A stretch of DNA of 64,000 nucleotides from the human T2T-CHM13v2.0 reference genome, Homo sapiens: NCBI RefSeq assembly GCF_009914755.1, contig NC_060931.1. One strand, given 5' to 3'. Below are positions 1 through 11,750 of this stretch, piece by piece. The notes below the pieces were generated by a model that searched no databases, was not told where the DNA came from, and saw only the letters and a list, made by a program, of their open reading frames with translations. Every line of letters starts with the position of its first letter. The first letter of the stretch is position 1. A program made the position numbers and the translations under genes.

Positions 1-724
1 CCTGCTTGACTAGATGGTGGCTCAGTTAGCTAAGCACACAGCTCTACACCCCTCCCCCACCTTCCTGCACCTGCAACTTCAGCAGTAAAGTCCTCAATTC
101 AAACATCGGTCTTGTGAGTTCAGAGCAACAGCAAGTGGAGTTGCCTTGTGGCATGTGAACAACTGATCAACATAAAGGCCCTAAGGAGATGCCAAATACC
201 ATTAGAAAAGGCATCTTCCAGAATTAATGTGTAATAATGAAAATTCTTGCTCATTATCCAAAGTTCAAAAAAGAACCATGAAATATTATCTAGTTTCATT
301 CCCTGGCTCTATGCAGCTTGAATGTACCACAGTCTTACCAATGATTACCCCAAATCTTCAGACAAGTCTATTGAGGCACAAAAACCATCCTTTTGCCTCC
401 CGAGCCATTCCTACCTACTCCTACAGCCTGTTTGAGTCTAGGTTGAAACAGCTCAAAATTTATCAGTGTAGGAGATAACATCAAATGGCTAATGAGATAA
501 AGTTCTAACAAGCCAGCATGTAGATTTGGGGAATGTATTTCTATTTTGCTGTGAGATTACTCAACCTGCAAAGAAAGAAACAGTGTACATCACATATCCT
601 TCAAAATAATTTAACACTCTTATTTTTCTACCTATTTTTTAAAGTATGGGGTTGTATATAACTAAACCATTAAATATATGGCCAATAGTGCATTATTTCA
701 CGAACCCATTGACAACATGTTATT

Positions 725-830
725 GAGGTAAGTGAGGTAAGAAAACTGAAGTCCAAAGTGGTAAAGAAAATGGCCAAAGGTCACACAGTCAAGCATGGGA
801 AAACCTGATTTAAACCAAGTTGTAGCTTTA
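725..830 (-). mobile_element. MIR SINE fragment
   Basis: gaaaactgaagtccaaagtggtaaag...ccaaaggtcacacag...tgatttaaacc resembles the MIR core. Confidence 0.6.
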
Positions 831-1419
831 TGATTACTAGGCATTTTAGAATGCTTCGGAATGCTTTTTTAAATTCCCTGTCCCTTCTACCTTATTCTTA
901 GTTTTGATCCATCAGATTTTGAATGTTACAAAAATATTCCTCAATATTTGATGAAATAGAGTCAATCTCTTGGTTTCCTTATTGTTTCTGAACTGGTAGC
1001 TGGAGTCCTCAAGGCTGAATTAACTAGGACATGAAGGCTGAACAGGTTTATAACTTCAGCCTTCATTTGACAACTTTGTTGTCTAATTTCTCCAGTTTAA
1101 TTATTTAAGGCTCAAAACACTTCAGTGAGATCTGTGTGTTAACCCCAACTCTGAGAATAAATTATTAAAAGAAATGGATGCTAAAGAAATGATTGACACG
1201 TGTGCTAAGTCAGCACAAACTGACTTTAAGTCATCTTCTACCCCTTACCTTGCTGAAATGTGGTGTCTGGGTGGGGAAAAGGACAGCATAGTTGGATCCT
1301 GCTTCCTAGAAACAGTAGAGACTCAGGTTTATCTGTGACTCCTCAGCCCTGTGTGACCACCATTTTGCTTGGTCCACCAGCACTTCTTTCTGTAGGTGAA
1401 GCCCGGTCCAGTCTAGACC

Positions 1420-2405
1420 CCATAAGCATTCTCATCATTGTCTTAACTACCATCCTAAAATCCCTTGTCCTCCAGTCTCCAGCCGCCTGCATACTAATCA
1501 CATATGTAGCCTTCAATAGACACCTTTCTCCATTGCTAGAGGAAGACTTGAAAATGTGCACCTCTTTCCACTCCAAGCACACATCGTGCAAGTTTAAGCA
1601 CTTAATGGCTCAGCAATATTTTAAACTATCTTTTCTGGTTTAATGATCTTGTCCTCCACCCATTCCCAGCCACTCATATCCAGAGAGAAACGTTAAACAT
1701 TGTTTCTAATAATAATTGCAGAATCTCAATCTCCATCGTCACAATTTCTGACCATCTGTACTTCCCACATTTCTAGCCAACTCCCTCTACTACTCTTACT
1801 CAGATAATTTTTAAAACCCCCAGTAACACTCAAGCCGTTAACTTTAATACATTTTCTCTGTCCATTAACCTCCTTTCATCCCTGCCCCATAGTTATCCCA
1901 CTAAGATGCCATGAATTGTCATGTATTGCTCATATCCACTCTCAAGAGTGCATTACACTCACGAGGAAAATGCCAGCCCTAGTTATGTCTCCACCTACTC
2001 ACTGCTTGCTTCAATTGACTGAGTGTGGCTGGAGAAAAACATAAAATCAGAACACCTCATCTTACTTTAAATTTATGACCACAAACCTCAGGTAGGCTCT
2101 CGTTAAATCATGCTCTCCTCTTCCCAAACACACTACGTAGTCACACTTTCTCTTCTCAAACCTCCCCACATTTCTTCTGCTTCACTCTTAGATGATAACT
2201 TTAACTTTATTCTGCTGACAAAATAGAGTAATTTAAAATAGAGATCAGGGGACTGCTACATCCCCCTGCTTTTGAAACTCTACATTGCCTCTTTCCTGTT
2301 AAAATGACGAACTCTAAGGAAATCTCCTTTGGGGATTCATTTTCTCTCAGCTACACGTGAAAGTTGCCTCTAGAGTCATCCCCTGTCTGCCCTACATCAT
2401 CTCAC
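1420..2405 (+). mobile_element. L2 LINE fragment (L2a-like)
   Basis: gagtgtggctggagaaaaaca...ctttaaatttatgaccacaaacctcag matches the L2 ORF2 region; C-rich L2 texture. Confidence 0.65.
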
Positions 2406-3906
2406 TGTATTATTTTTTAAAGATATAATTCGCGTGCCACAAAATTTACCAGTTTACAGTTTACAATTCGTTTTTAATATTTTCACAAAGTTGTGCAAAT
2501 ATTACCACCATGCAACTTCAAAATATTTTCATCATCCCCTAAGAAACCCTTTGCCCATTACTCCATTCCACTCTCCCTCAGCCCCTGGAAACTACTAAAC
2601 TTACTTTCTGTTTCTATGAAACTTTTTTATTCTGGACATTTCATATAAATAAAATCTTATAATATGTGGCCTTTTGTGACTGATTTCTTTTACTTAGCAT
2701 AATATTTTCAAGATTCACTCATGTTGTAGCATGTATTAATGCTTCATCCTTTTCACAGATGAATCCCACTGTATAGATATACTATGTATATTGTGTATCC
2801 CACTGTATAGATATATTATCTATACTATGTATAGGTATCTATTCATCAATTGAACATTAAGGTTGCTTCCATTTTTTGGCTATTATAAATAGTACTCATA
2901 TGAATGTTCACATACACATTTTTATGTAGATATTTGCTTTAAATTATCTCGGGTATGTAACTAGGAGTAGAATTGCTGGCCCTAGTCTATGTTTAACTTT
3001 TTATAGAACTTCTGAAATGTTTTCTGATGCAGCTGCATGATTTTACATTCCCACCAGCAGTGTGTGAGGGTTCTATTCTATCCGCATCCTCACCAACACC
3101 TGTTATTGTCCATTTTTTTGTTATAAATATTCTAGTGAGTGTGAAATGTTATCTCATTGTGATTTTGATTTGCATTTCCTTAATGACTAATGATGTTGGC
3201 ATATTTTAATGTTCTTATTGGCCATTGGTATATTCAAATCTTTTTGCACATTTTTAAAGTATTTGTCTTTTTATTTTTGAGTTGTACAAGCTCCTTATAT
3301 GTTCTGAATACTAGACTCATCAGCCATAATTTGCTAGTATTTTATCCTATTTGGGGGATTATCTTTTCACTTTCCTGATGGTGTCCTTTGAAACACAAAC
3401 GTTTTTTCTTCTGAAGACATCCAATTTATATATTTTTGCATGTGTTGCTTGTGCTTGTGTCATACCTAAAAACCACTGCTTAATCCAAGGTCACAAAGAT
3501 TTATGCCTGTTTTTCTTCTAAGAGTTTTATATTTTTATTCTTAACTTTAGGTCTTTGACCATTTTGAATTAATTTTTATACAGGCAATGAGGTAAGGGGT
3601 TGACTTTATTTTTTTGCATGTGACTATCAAGGTATTACAGCATCATGAGTTGGAAAGTCTTTTCTTTCCTCATGGAATTGTTTGGTAACTCTTGCTGAAA
3701 ATTCTTGAAAATCAGTTGACAGGGAATGTAAAGATTTATTTCTGAGCTCTTTTTTTTGAATCCACTGATGTGTGTGTCTATCCTCATACCAGTACCACAG
3801 TATCTTTTTTGCTGTAGCTTTTTAGTTAATCTTCCCACTTTCTTCTTCTTTTTTAAAATTATCTTGACTATTTTGGATCTCTTGCATTTTAGTTAGCTTG
3901 TCAATT

Positions 3907-4070
3907 GCATGCCAACTATTTAGATAATCTAAATGAAATGGACAAAATCCTAGAAACAACAAACTGTCTGAAGTGACTCAGGAAGAAATAGAAAATCTTG
4001 ACAGATCTATAATAAGAGAGATTGAATTAAAAACCTCCCAAAAAAGAAGAGTCCAGGACTGCAAGGCTTA
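3907..4070 (+). mobile_element. L1 ORF2 fragment inverted relative to the host L1
   Basis: Translates (with frameshifts) to HANYLDNLNEMDKILE / TQEEIENLDRS / KNLPKKKSPG, compared with L1 ORF2p YANKLENLEEMDKFLD / NQEEVESLNRP / SLPTKKSPG. Confidence 0.85.
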
Positions 4071-4512
4071 CAGCAAAAGAAAAAAAAAGCTGCTGTGATC
4101 TTAATAAAGTTTACATTAAATCTGTAAATAAATTTGGGGAGTCTTGCCATCCTAATAATATCAAGCTTTTCAAACCGTGAAGATGTACTGTCTTTCCACT
4201 TACTTAATTCTTTTCTATATTATTGTAAATGAATTTTTCTTAATGGAATTTTTAGCCTGTTCATTGCTAGTGAGTATAAATACAATTGATTTTCATGTAC
4301 TGATCTTGTAATCTTGTATCTTTCTCCCTTGCTGACCACATTTATTAGCTCTGACAGTTTGTGTTTGTGTATGTGTGTGTGAATTCCTTGGGATTTTCTA
4401 TATACAAGATCATGTTATCCGTGACAAGAGATAGTTTTACTTGCTCCTTTCCAATCTAGATGACTGTATGTATTTATTTTTTATCCCTGAATTGTTCTAG
4501 CTAGAACTTCCA

Positions 4513-4515
<3 letters not shown>

Positions 4516-4547
<32 letters not shown>

Positions 4548-4825
4548 CAGGCTCTTGCTGTCACGCAGGCTGGAGAGCAGTTGGTGTGAACACCACTGAC
4601 TACAGCCTTGGTCTCCTGGGCTAAGTGAGCCTCTTACCCCAACCTGCTGAGTAGCTGAGCCCACAGGCATGTGCCACCATGCTTGGCTATTTTTTTTTAA
4701 TTTTTTGTAAAGACAAGGTCTTGCCATGTTGCCTAAGATGGTCTCAAACTCCTAGACTCACATGATTCTCCTGTTTCGGCCTCCCAAAGTGTTAAGATTA
4801 CAGGCTCAAGCCACTGTGACTGGCC
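4516..4825 (-). mobile_element. AluJ
   Basis: Poly-T followed by a diverged antisense Alu dimer ending tggcc; J-type motifs (ctcctgggct...). Confidence 0.9.
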
Positions 4826-5636
4826 CACTAATAATCTTGAATAGAAGTGGTGAGAGCAGACATTCTAGTAAAGTTTATAACTAGGATTTAGGAAGAAAGC
4901 TTTCAGTTACTCACCATTATGTATGTTGCTATCTTTGGGTTTTTAATAGATGCCCTTAAACAGAGAAAGTCTCTTCTATTTCAAATTTGTTGGGTGTTTT
5001 CATCATGAAAGGATGTTGGATTTTGTCAAATGCCTTTTCTGCTTCTATTGAGATGATCATGAGTTTTTTGTCCTTTAGTCTTCAATATGATATATTACAT
5101 TGAACTTAATATGTTATCTTACTCCCTTCGGTCTTTCAGGGCTGCTGATGAGAAATTCTCTGTTAGTGTTATTCAGGATCTCTTGTACATGATGAGTCAT
5201 TTCTGTCTTGCTACTTTCAAAATTCTCTCTGTCTTTTGGCAGATGATAATGATGTACCTAGGTGTGGATTTCCTTTAGTTTATCCTGTATGGATTTTTTG
5301 TGTGTTTTTGTTTCAGTTTCTTGGATGTGTATATTATTGCTTTTTATGAAAGTTGGGAAGTTTAAGGCCATTATTTCTTCAGAATTTTTTTCTGTTCCTT
5401 TTTCTCCTCCCCTTCTGGGACTCTCATTATACATGTGTTGCTATACTTCATGGTGTCTCACAAGTCTCTGAGGCTCTGGTTATTTTTCTTCATTCTTTTG
5501 TTGTCGTTTCCAAGACTAGACATATTAATTGAGCTATCTTGAAGTTTGCTGAATCTTCTGCCAGCTCAAATCTACTGTTGATCCCTTCTAGTAAATTTTT
5601 CATTTCTGTTATTATACTTTTCATTTCTGAAATTTC

Positions 5637-5722
5637 TATTTGGGGAGTGTACAGTGATATGAAATTGCCTCCTACATGAAGATGCAAGTAACCACCACCA
5701 TAACTGGGATAAAAAACAGCCT
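5637..5722. repeat. 86-bp inverted copy of 20096-20181
   Basis: Ungapped alignment to the reverse complement of 20096-20181 gives 78/86 identities. Confidence 0.92.
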
Positions 5723-5898
5723 ATTTCTATTTTTAAATAATGTTTATCTCTTTATTGAGAATCTCTATTTGGTGAAAACTTCTTCTCATATATTTTTTTA
5801 CTTCTTTAGAAATGATTTACTTTAGTTCCTGGGACATAGCTAATTTAAAATCTTTGCCTAGCAAGTGGAAAGCCTGGATTTTTTCAGGGGCAGTTTTT

Positions 5899-6222
5899 TT
5901 TTTTTTTTAATTTTTGTTGTTGTTGTTGTTGTTTTCCTTTTTGAGATGGAGTCTTGCTCTGTCACCCAGACTGGAGTGCTGTGGCATGATCTTGGCTCAC
6001 TGCAAACTCTGCCCCCCAGGTTCAAGCAATTCTTCTGCCTCAGCCTCCTGAGTAACTGAGATTACAGGTGCGCACCACCACTCCCAGCTAATTTTTGTAT
6101 TTTTAGTAGAAACGGGGTTTCACCATGTTGGTCAGTCTGATCTTGAACTCCTGACCTTGTGATCTGCCCACCTAGGTCTCCCAAAGTACTGAGATTACAA
6201 GTGTGAGCCACCAAGCCTGGCC
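5899..6222 (-). mobile_element. AluS
   Basis: Full antisense dimer; target-site duplication (TSD) caggggcagttttt at 5885-5898 and 6223-6236. Confidence 0.95.
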
Positions 6223-6321
6223 CAGGGGCAGTTTTTATTGATCGCTTTTTCCCTGTGTCCTTTCCTGTTTCATTGAGTGTCTCATAATTCCTTGTTGGAA
6301 GCTGGTCATTTAAAACAGTTC

Positions 6322-6703
6322 TGTATTAGTCTGTTCTCACCCTGCTATAAAGAACTATCTGAGACTGGGTAATTTATAAAGAAAAGAGGTTTAATTGACT
6401 CCCAGTTTTGCAGGCTGTACAGGAGTCATGGCTAAGGAGGCCTCAGGAAACTTAACCATCATGGTGGAAGGCGAAAGGGAAGCAAGCATTTCTTCACATG
6501 GTGGCAGGAGAGAGAGAGAGCGAAGGAGTAGGGGTAGACACTTTTAAATAACCAGATCTCAAGAGAACTCATTCACTGTCATGAGAACAGCAAGGCGGAA
6601 ATCTGCTCCCATGATTCAATCACCTCCCACCACTTTTCTCCCCCAACACTGGGGATTACAATTTAACATTAGATTCTGGTGGGGACACAGCCAAACCATA
6701 TCA
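6322..6703 (-). mobile_element. MaLR LTR (MSTA-like) followed by a few bases of internal sequence
   Basis: tgtattagtctgttctcac...caggctgtacagg...ggggacacagccaaaccatatca, then ttccaccccc. Confidence 0.88.
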
Positions 6704-6729
6704 TTCCACCCCCAGACCCTCCCAAATGC

Positions 6730-6919
6730 ATTGAGAAAAGGCCATAGGAGCACATAGAGTGGGACAGCTGTCTGCAATAAAGGAAGGGGCCCTCACCAGA
6801 ACCCACTTGGCACCCTGATCTCAGACTTCTAGCTTCTAGAACTGTGAGAAACAAATGTCTGTTGTTTGAGTCACCCAGTCTATGGTATTTTGTTATGGCA
6901 GCCTGAGAAGACTAAGACA
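6730..6919 (+). mobile_element. MLT1A/B-type MaLR LTR, 3' half
   Basis: caccctgatctcagacttctagc...agaactgtgagaaa...ttatggcagcc...actaagaca. Confidence 0.8.
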
Positions 6920-8011
6920 GCTAATAAACTCCTTCATGGAATGTACACTCCTTGAAGGAAGGACCTTCTGAGTATGGTTTATTGCACTGTCAGCCTGGTA
7001 TACGAGAGGCACAGATTCCTGTTTGTTGACTGAGTACCAGCAACCTGGAAACATGCTGTGGCTTTCTGTCTTTCATGTTCTCAGACTGTAATCACTGGCT
7101 TCTGCCCTCCTACAGTGGTGACTTGCATTTTGCACTCCCTCCTTCTGGTGGGAAGACTAACTTTCAGCCTAAGTATAAGGTCAAAAGGATCAAGGACAGA
7201 AGCTCTAGTTTTAAAAAGCCCTGAACCACAGTAAACACCCTGTTGGAGGTGATTCACTTCCTAATCACACCACTGATGCCTCGTGACTCTTTGATCCATA
7301 ATGCATGTTCTGGCTCCTGCCCTCTGCCCAGTTCTGCAATAATACGAGAGCTAGTTCTTCTGATTATAGTACATCCTCCCTGCTGTGGGTACCCAAATTT
7401 TTTCTCCTGCCTTGTCTCACTGCATTTAATTCCCAGAAAAGAGCCTTCTCTATCACTTGATTTTTCTACTGCCCTCAGTGTAAATGATTAGGGTCCCACT
7501 GGATACTAAGTAGATGACTATTTCCCATACCCAGTGTTAACCTTTAAAGCCATTCCTCAGTTGAGCAACAGTCTTTGGGCATTACTTCTGGAAAACCATC
7601 TTAAAATACAAACATGACCCTTCTCAGGGGTACCCATTTCTGTGTCATTTTCTTGTGTTCCTGGACAGTTAGCCTCCCACACCTGGGTTTCCATAGTGGC
7701 TTGACCAGACTTCTAAGGTGGCAGACTTGGTGACAGCAGTAGCTTTTCCCCAGACTGCCCACCACCTTCATGCATCTCTTCACTGTTCTCTGCAGGAAGC
7801 AGGAGGGCCATTTTCAGAGAGGCCCCGACATGGCCCACAATTTCAGCCAGTGCTTCCACAGTGGTTGTTCAGGTAATGCCGCCATGGAGACTTCTGCTAC
7901 CCCACTGCTACATTGCCCTTGTGAATGTAGATCCCCACTTGTCAGCACATTTTCCTGTAATTTATGGTTTGGAGGTTTTCATTTGTTTATTTTGTCTGCT
8001 TTTTGTTTTTT

Positions 8012-8079
8012 TTTCTATAATCTTATATTAGAAGTGATTTATTGCTGTTGTTGTTTCTATAATCTCATATTAGAAGTGA
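8012..8079 (+). repeat. 26-bp direct repeat, 42-bp period
   Basis: tttctataatcttatattagaagtga (8012-8037) and tttctataatctcatattagaagtga (8054-8079); 1 mismatch. Confidence 0.9.
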
Positions 8080-8371
8080 GGCTCAGAGTTCTGTGAGGTC
8101 AATACCTTGTTTAGTTTCTGTTTGGGCTATAATTTGTTTCAAAATGGCAGACTGAAACACAATTACAGACTAATGTGTATAAGACCAATTTTATACCATT
8201 TGGAATTTTAAAAAAGAAAATGACCCCTTCCTTAATGCTAGAAGTTTATTTCATATTCTTAAACTGTGAGGCGGGTAGACAGGCAGATAGGCACATGCAA
8301 AATCTCACACTGTTGGGGTCAAGGATAGTTCTAGGTAGTGTCAATGCCTGCTTACTTGTCCATGTCTTCCT

Positions 8372-8476
8372 TAGGCTGTAAGTTCCTTAAGGGCAGGAAC
8401 CTTACTTCTATTATGTCTCAACACTCAGCACTGCCTAGTGTATAGAAAACAGTAAATATCTGTTGACCAAATGACT
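8372..8476 (+). mobile_element. L2 3' end
   Basis: ctgtaagttccttaagggcaggaac...agtaaatatctgttga. Confidence 0.65.
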
Positions 8477-9549
8477 GGCTCGGCAAAAACTACATATACA
8501 ATCATATATGTATCTTTTGCATATGAATTTTCCTTAGAATTCAGTGAGGGCTTAGAAGAAGCTTAGAGAAGGAAAGACACCAAAAACATTTGCTTCTCAT
8601 GGGCCTGAGGAAATGTCAAATTTTTGACACTCTCTTTCTCATCCTCAACTTTCTGCCTTCCTTCTTCCCCTTCTGCTACTCTGGGTACTTTATTAGTCTG
8701 TCTTTCTGAGGCAATTCGCTGTAACCAGAATATTTTTCTTCACCTCCCAACTCAACACCAGTCAAAAGTCTGTGTCCTGGGTGCCCCTGCTCTCCTTGAA
8801 AGACACTGGGAAATGGTGATGTCACCCTTCCAGGTAACAGATTTGCATTTTCCCGGAATGCTTTGGGGGTCATAATGCTTTACCCCAAAGCAGTTCATTT
8901 AATGGTGCAGCCACAGCCACTGAGGGAGTTATTTTGAGACAGACAATCCTTTCTTCAACTTGTTTTTGAAAGCCTACTCAATTTTATCCTACTTAATATG
9001 TAAACTCATTTTCATGTTCATTTGAAGGAGACATATTAGGTAATTATTCATTCCAATCAGAACATTCTTCTTCCGTAATCTTAGCTGTCTTTTTTTTTTT
9101 TTTTTTTTAACTAAACACAGGATAGATTTTAAAAGTTGTTTAAGCCTGTCAAAGGAAAAGATAATAAACTAGATAAAAGAGACTCTCTTGGGAATATTAA
9201 CGCCTCAAGTCTTCTGAATCTTTGCTACTAAATACAAGTTGTATTTCAAACAGCCTCAGGTTACAAGGACGATGACTAATGAATTATAGAGGAAGGTAAT
9301 TAACTTCCTACATTCCCTGGAAGCTTGCTTTGTGAGAACCTCTCTGATACTCATTTACAGAAGACTGTAACTTCTGATTAGCATTGTTAGGAAAACTGCC
9401 CACTTCTTTTCTATTTTCAGGATTCTTTCAGACTGGGGGTGTAGCTCCAGCAGGCTGTGGAAATCCTGGAGCTGATCAGAAAAGGAAGTGTGAAGACAGT
9501 GTCAGAAGTCATTTTGCTATTAACCAGCAAAGGTGTTGAGGGCATGTTT

Positions 9550-9640
9550 TTTCAACTCTCTTTGTCATGAATTTCCTTATTTGTAAAATGAGGGGGTGAG
9601 AAACAATGACCTATGGGTTTGCTTCCCTACCTTACATTCA
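9550..9640 (+). mobile_element. MIR fragment
   Basis: tttccttatttgtaaaatgagg core. Confidence 0.55.
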
Positions 9641-9824
9641 GTGATCTGAGCTTTCTCATCCAAAGGCAAATAAAATATTGTAGAGTGTTGGGTGGTACAT
9701 GCGGGTTTAAATATATTTAAAACAAAACTTAACAGACTTTCATACATGGATAGCTTCCTTTTATGACTTGTTGGGCACGAAGGAAGGTGAGTGACAGGTT
9801 TTTCTTATGCAGCTGACATACTGA

Positions 9825-10225
<401 letters not shown>

Positions 10226-11439
10226 ACCTATGGGAATCTTTCTTTCTGCAGGTTCTTGAATTCCCCCTCACTCTTAGGAAATAGTGCAACATTTCCTTAA
10301 GAAGCAAATGCTCTCAATTCAGAGTTTATGAGGTCCAACTCCTTGTAGTCATCAAAATGACACAATTAACTTCAGGATAACACCTTTTTCCCTCTGCCAG
10401 TTGGGATCCACTTCTCAGAACAGGGAGCAAGGTCCTGTTGACTTTCTCTATCACTTGTTGATTATTCCAAGCAAGGTCCCAGTGGGGAAGGCAGATGGGA
10501 GAAAAATAATAAGAAGAAGCTTTGTGCATTGTGGGCCCCTGCAGTTGGTAAAGTGGACTGCGTCTTCCATAAAGTCCTCAGGAGGACCTCTTGAAGGCTT
10601 CTTGCTGGAACCCTCCCTCTTGCAGTTTCCTTGACCCAAAGGGAAACATATTTAATTTGAGTGGCCAAGGAGACTCCTTTCTCAGCCTTTGGTCACCTGA
10701 TGTTGTGCACTTCCTAAAATCTTTTCCCTGTAGGGGTCTCCTTACCCCTTTACCTGGCCAGATTGGGAGGAATTCTAGACAGCCCCACCACAGCTTCCCA
10801 CCACAGCCTCCTCACCATGGGAAAGCTCATCTGTTGCCCCATGCAAACTCTAGGAGACCAGCCAAATCTCAATACATAATTTTTTAAGCCTATTTTTTTC
10901 TCAACATTTCTGGAGCAGGCTGAGTCTACAGCCCATAGTTGGTTTTCCTTTTCCTTCTTGTGAGTCAGGCCCCAGTCTCCCGTGTCTCCCAATGCCAGAG
11001 AACAGCATGTCAACTCTTTCCGAGTGGACACTTTGGAAGCTACCCACTGCCTGGGAGGCCTTCATCTCTCCCTCATTTTTGTAATCTGATATGTATTGTA
11101 TTGGTGCTTCAATTGAAACCAGTTATAGAAAGAGTCTCATTCTAACAACCTGTTATAGTTATGTTGAGGCCATGGCTAACATTTGTGGTTAGAAAAACAT
11201 ATTTGAAAAGATAATGAATGAAACAATGGAGAATATTTTAATTGCCCTAATACACACATATATTTCTATAGTTTTATTTTTGAGTTTATGAAACTAGACT
11301 TCTTTCATAGCTGTAATCTGATTGTACATATGCTTTTGCAGTCTATTCTTATAAAGTTATTCCTTACAAACCTTTTGTTAAATCATGCTTGGAATTTTAA
11401 TTGGTGCATATTATCCTGTATATTTTGGTGCCATTTTTT

Positions 11440-11750
11440 CATGAAAGACTCTTCCAATGCCTATTTTGTGGCCAATGCTGACTTAGGTACTAGAGTTGCA
11501 AAAGTTAAAAGAACTGAAATAAAACCTCTATTTAGGAGGCTGCAAATGATTCCAATGTAATACTGTATTTGCCATAGGACAGTTAGCTACATGAATTGAG
11601 GGTAGAGAATAAGATGCATCTATGTTTTTGAAAGGAAATTAGGAAGGAACCACACAGAAGGTGTTGGAAGGTGGTGGAGGATGCGTGGGAGGCAGACAGT
11701 CAAGAGGAGGCCTCCTTGGTGGATGAAACAGCTTGTGCTCATGCATGGGC
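11440..11750 (-). mobile_element. L2 fragment
   Basis: Degenerate antisense L2 3' region. Confidence 0.45.

Larger units (their letters stand above)
2410..6315 (-). mobile_element. Old L1 (L1MB/L1M-like), internally deleted and interrupted by two Alus and two inserted segments
   Basis: Antisense 3' end at 2410 (agatataattc...ttcacaaagttgtgca); ORF2 antisense to ~5115; then jumps to ORF1, where minus ORF 5490-5687 gives an ORF1p-like coil (EMKSIITEMKNLLEGINSRFELAE). Confidence 0.85.

Noticed and set aside
5-22. CTCF-like motif gactagatggtggc (similar one at ~13000)
   Set aside because: Missing key 5' C positions; motif-only evidence is too weak
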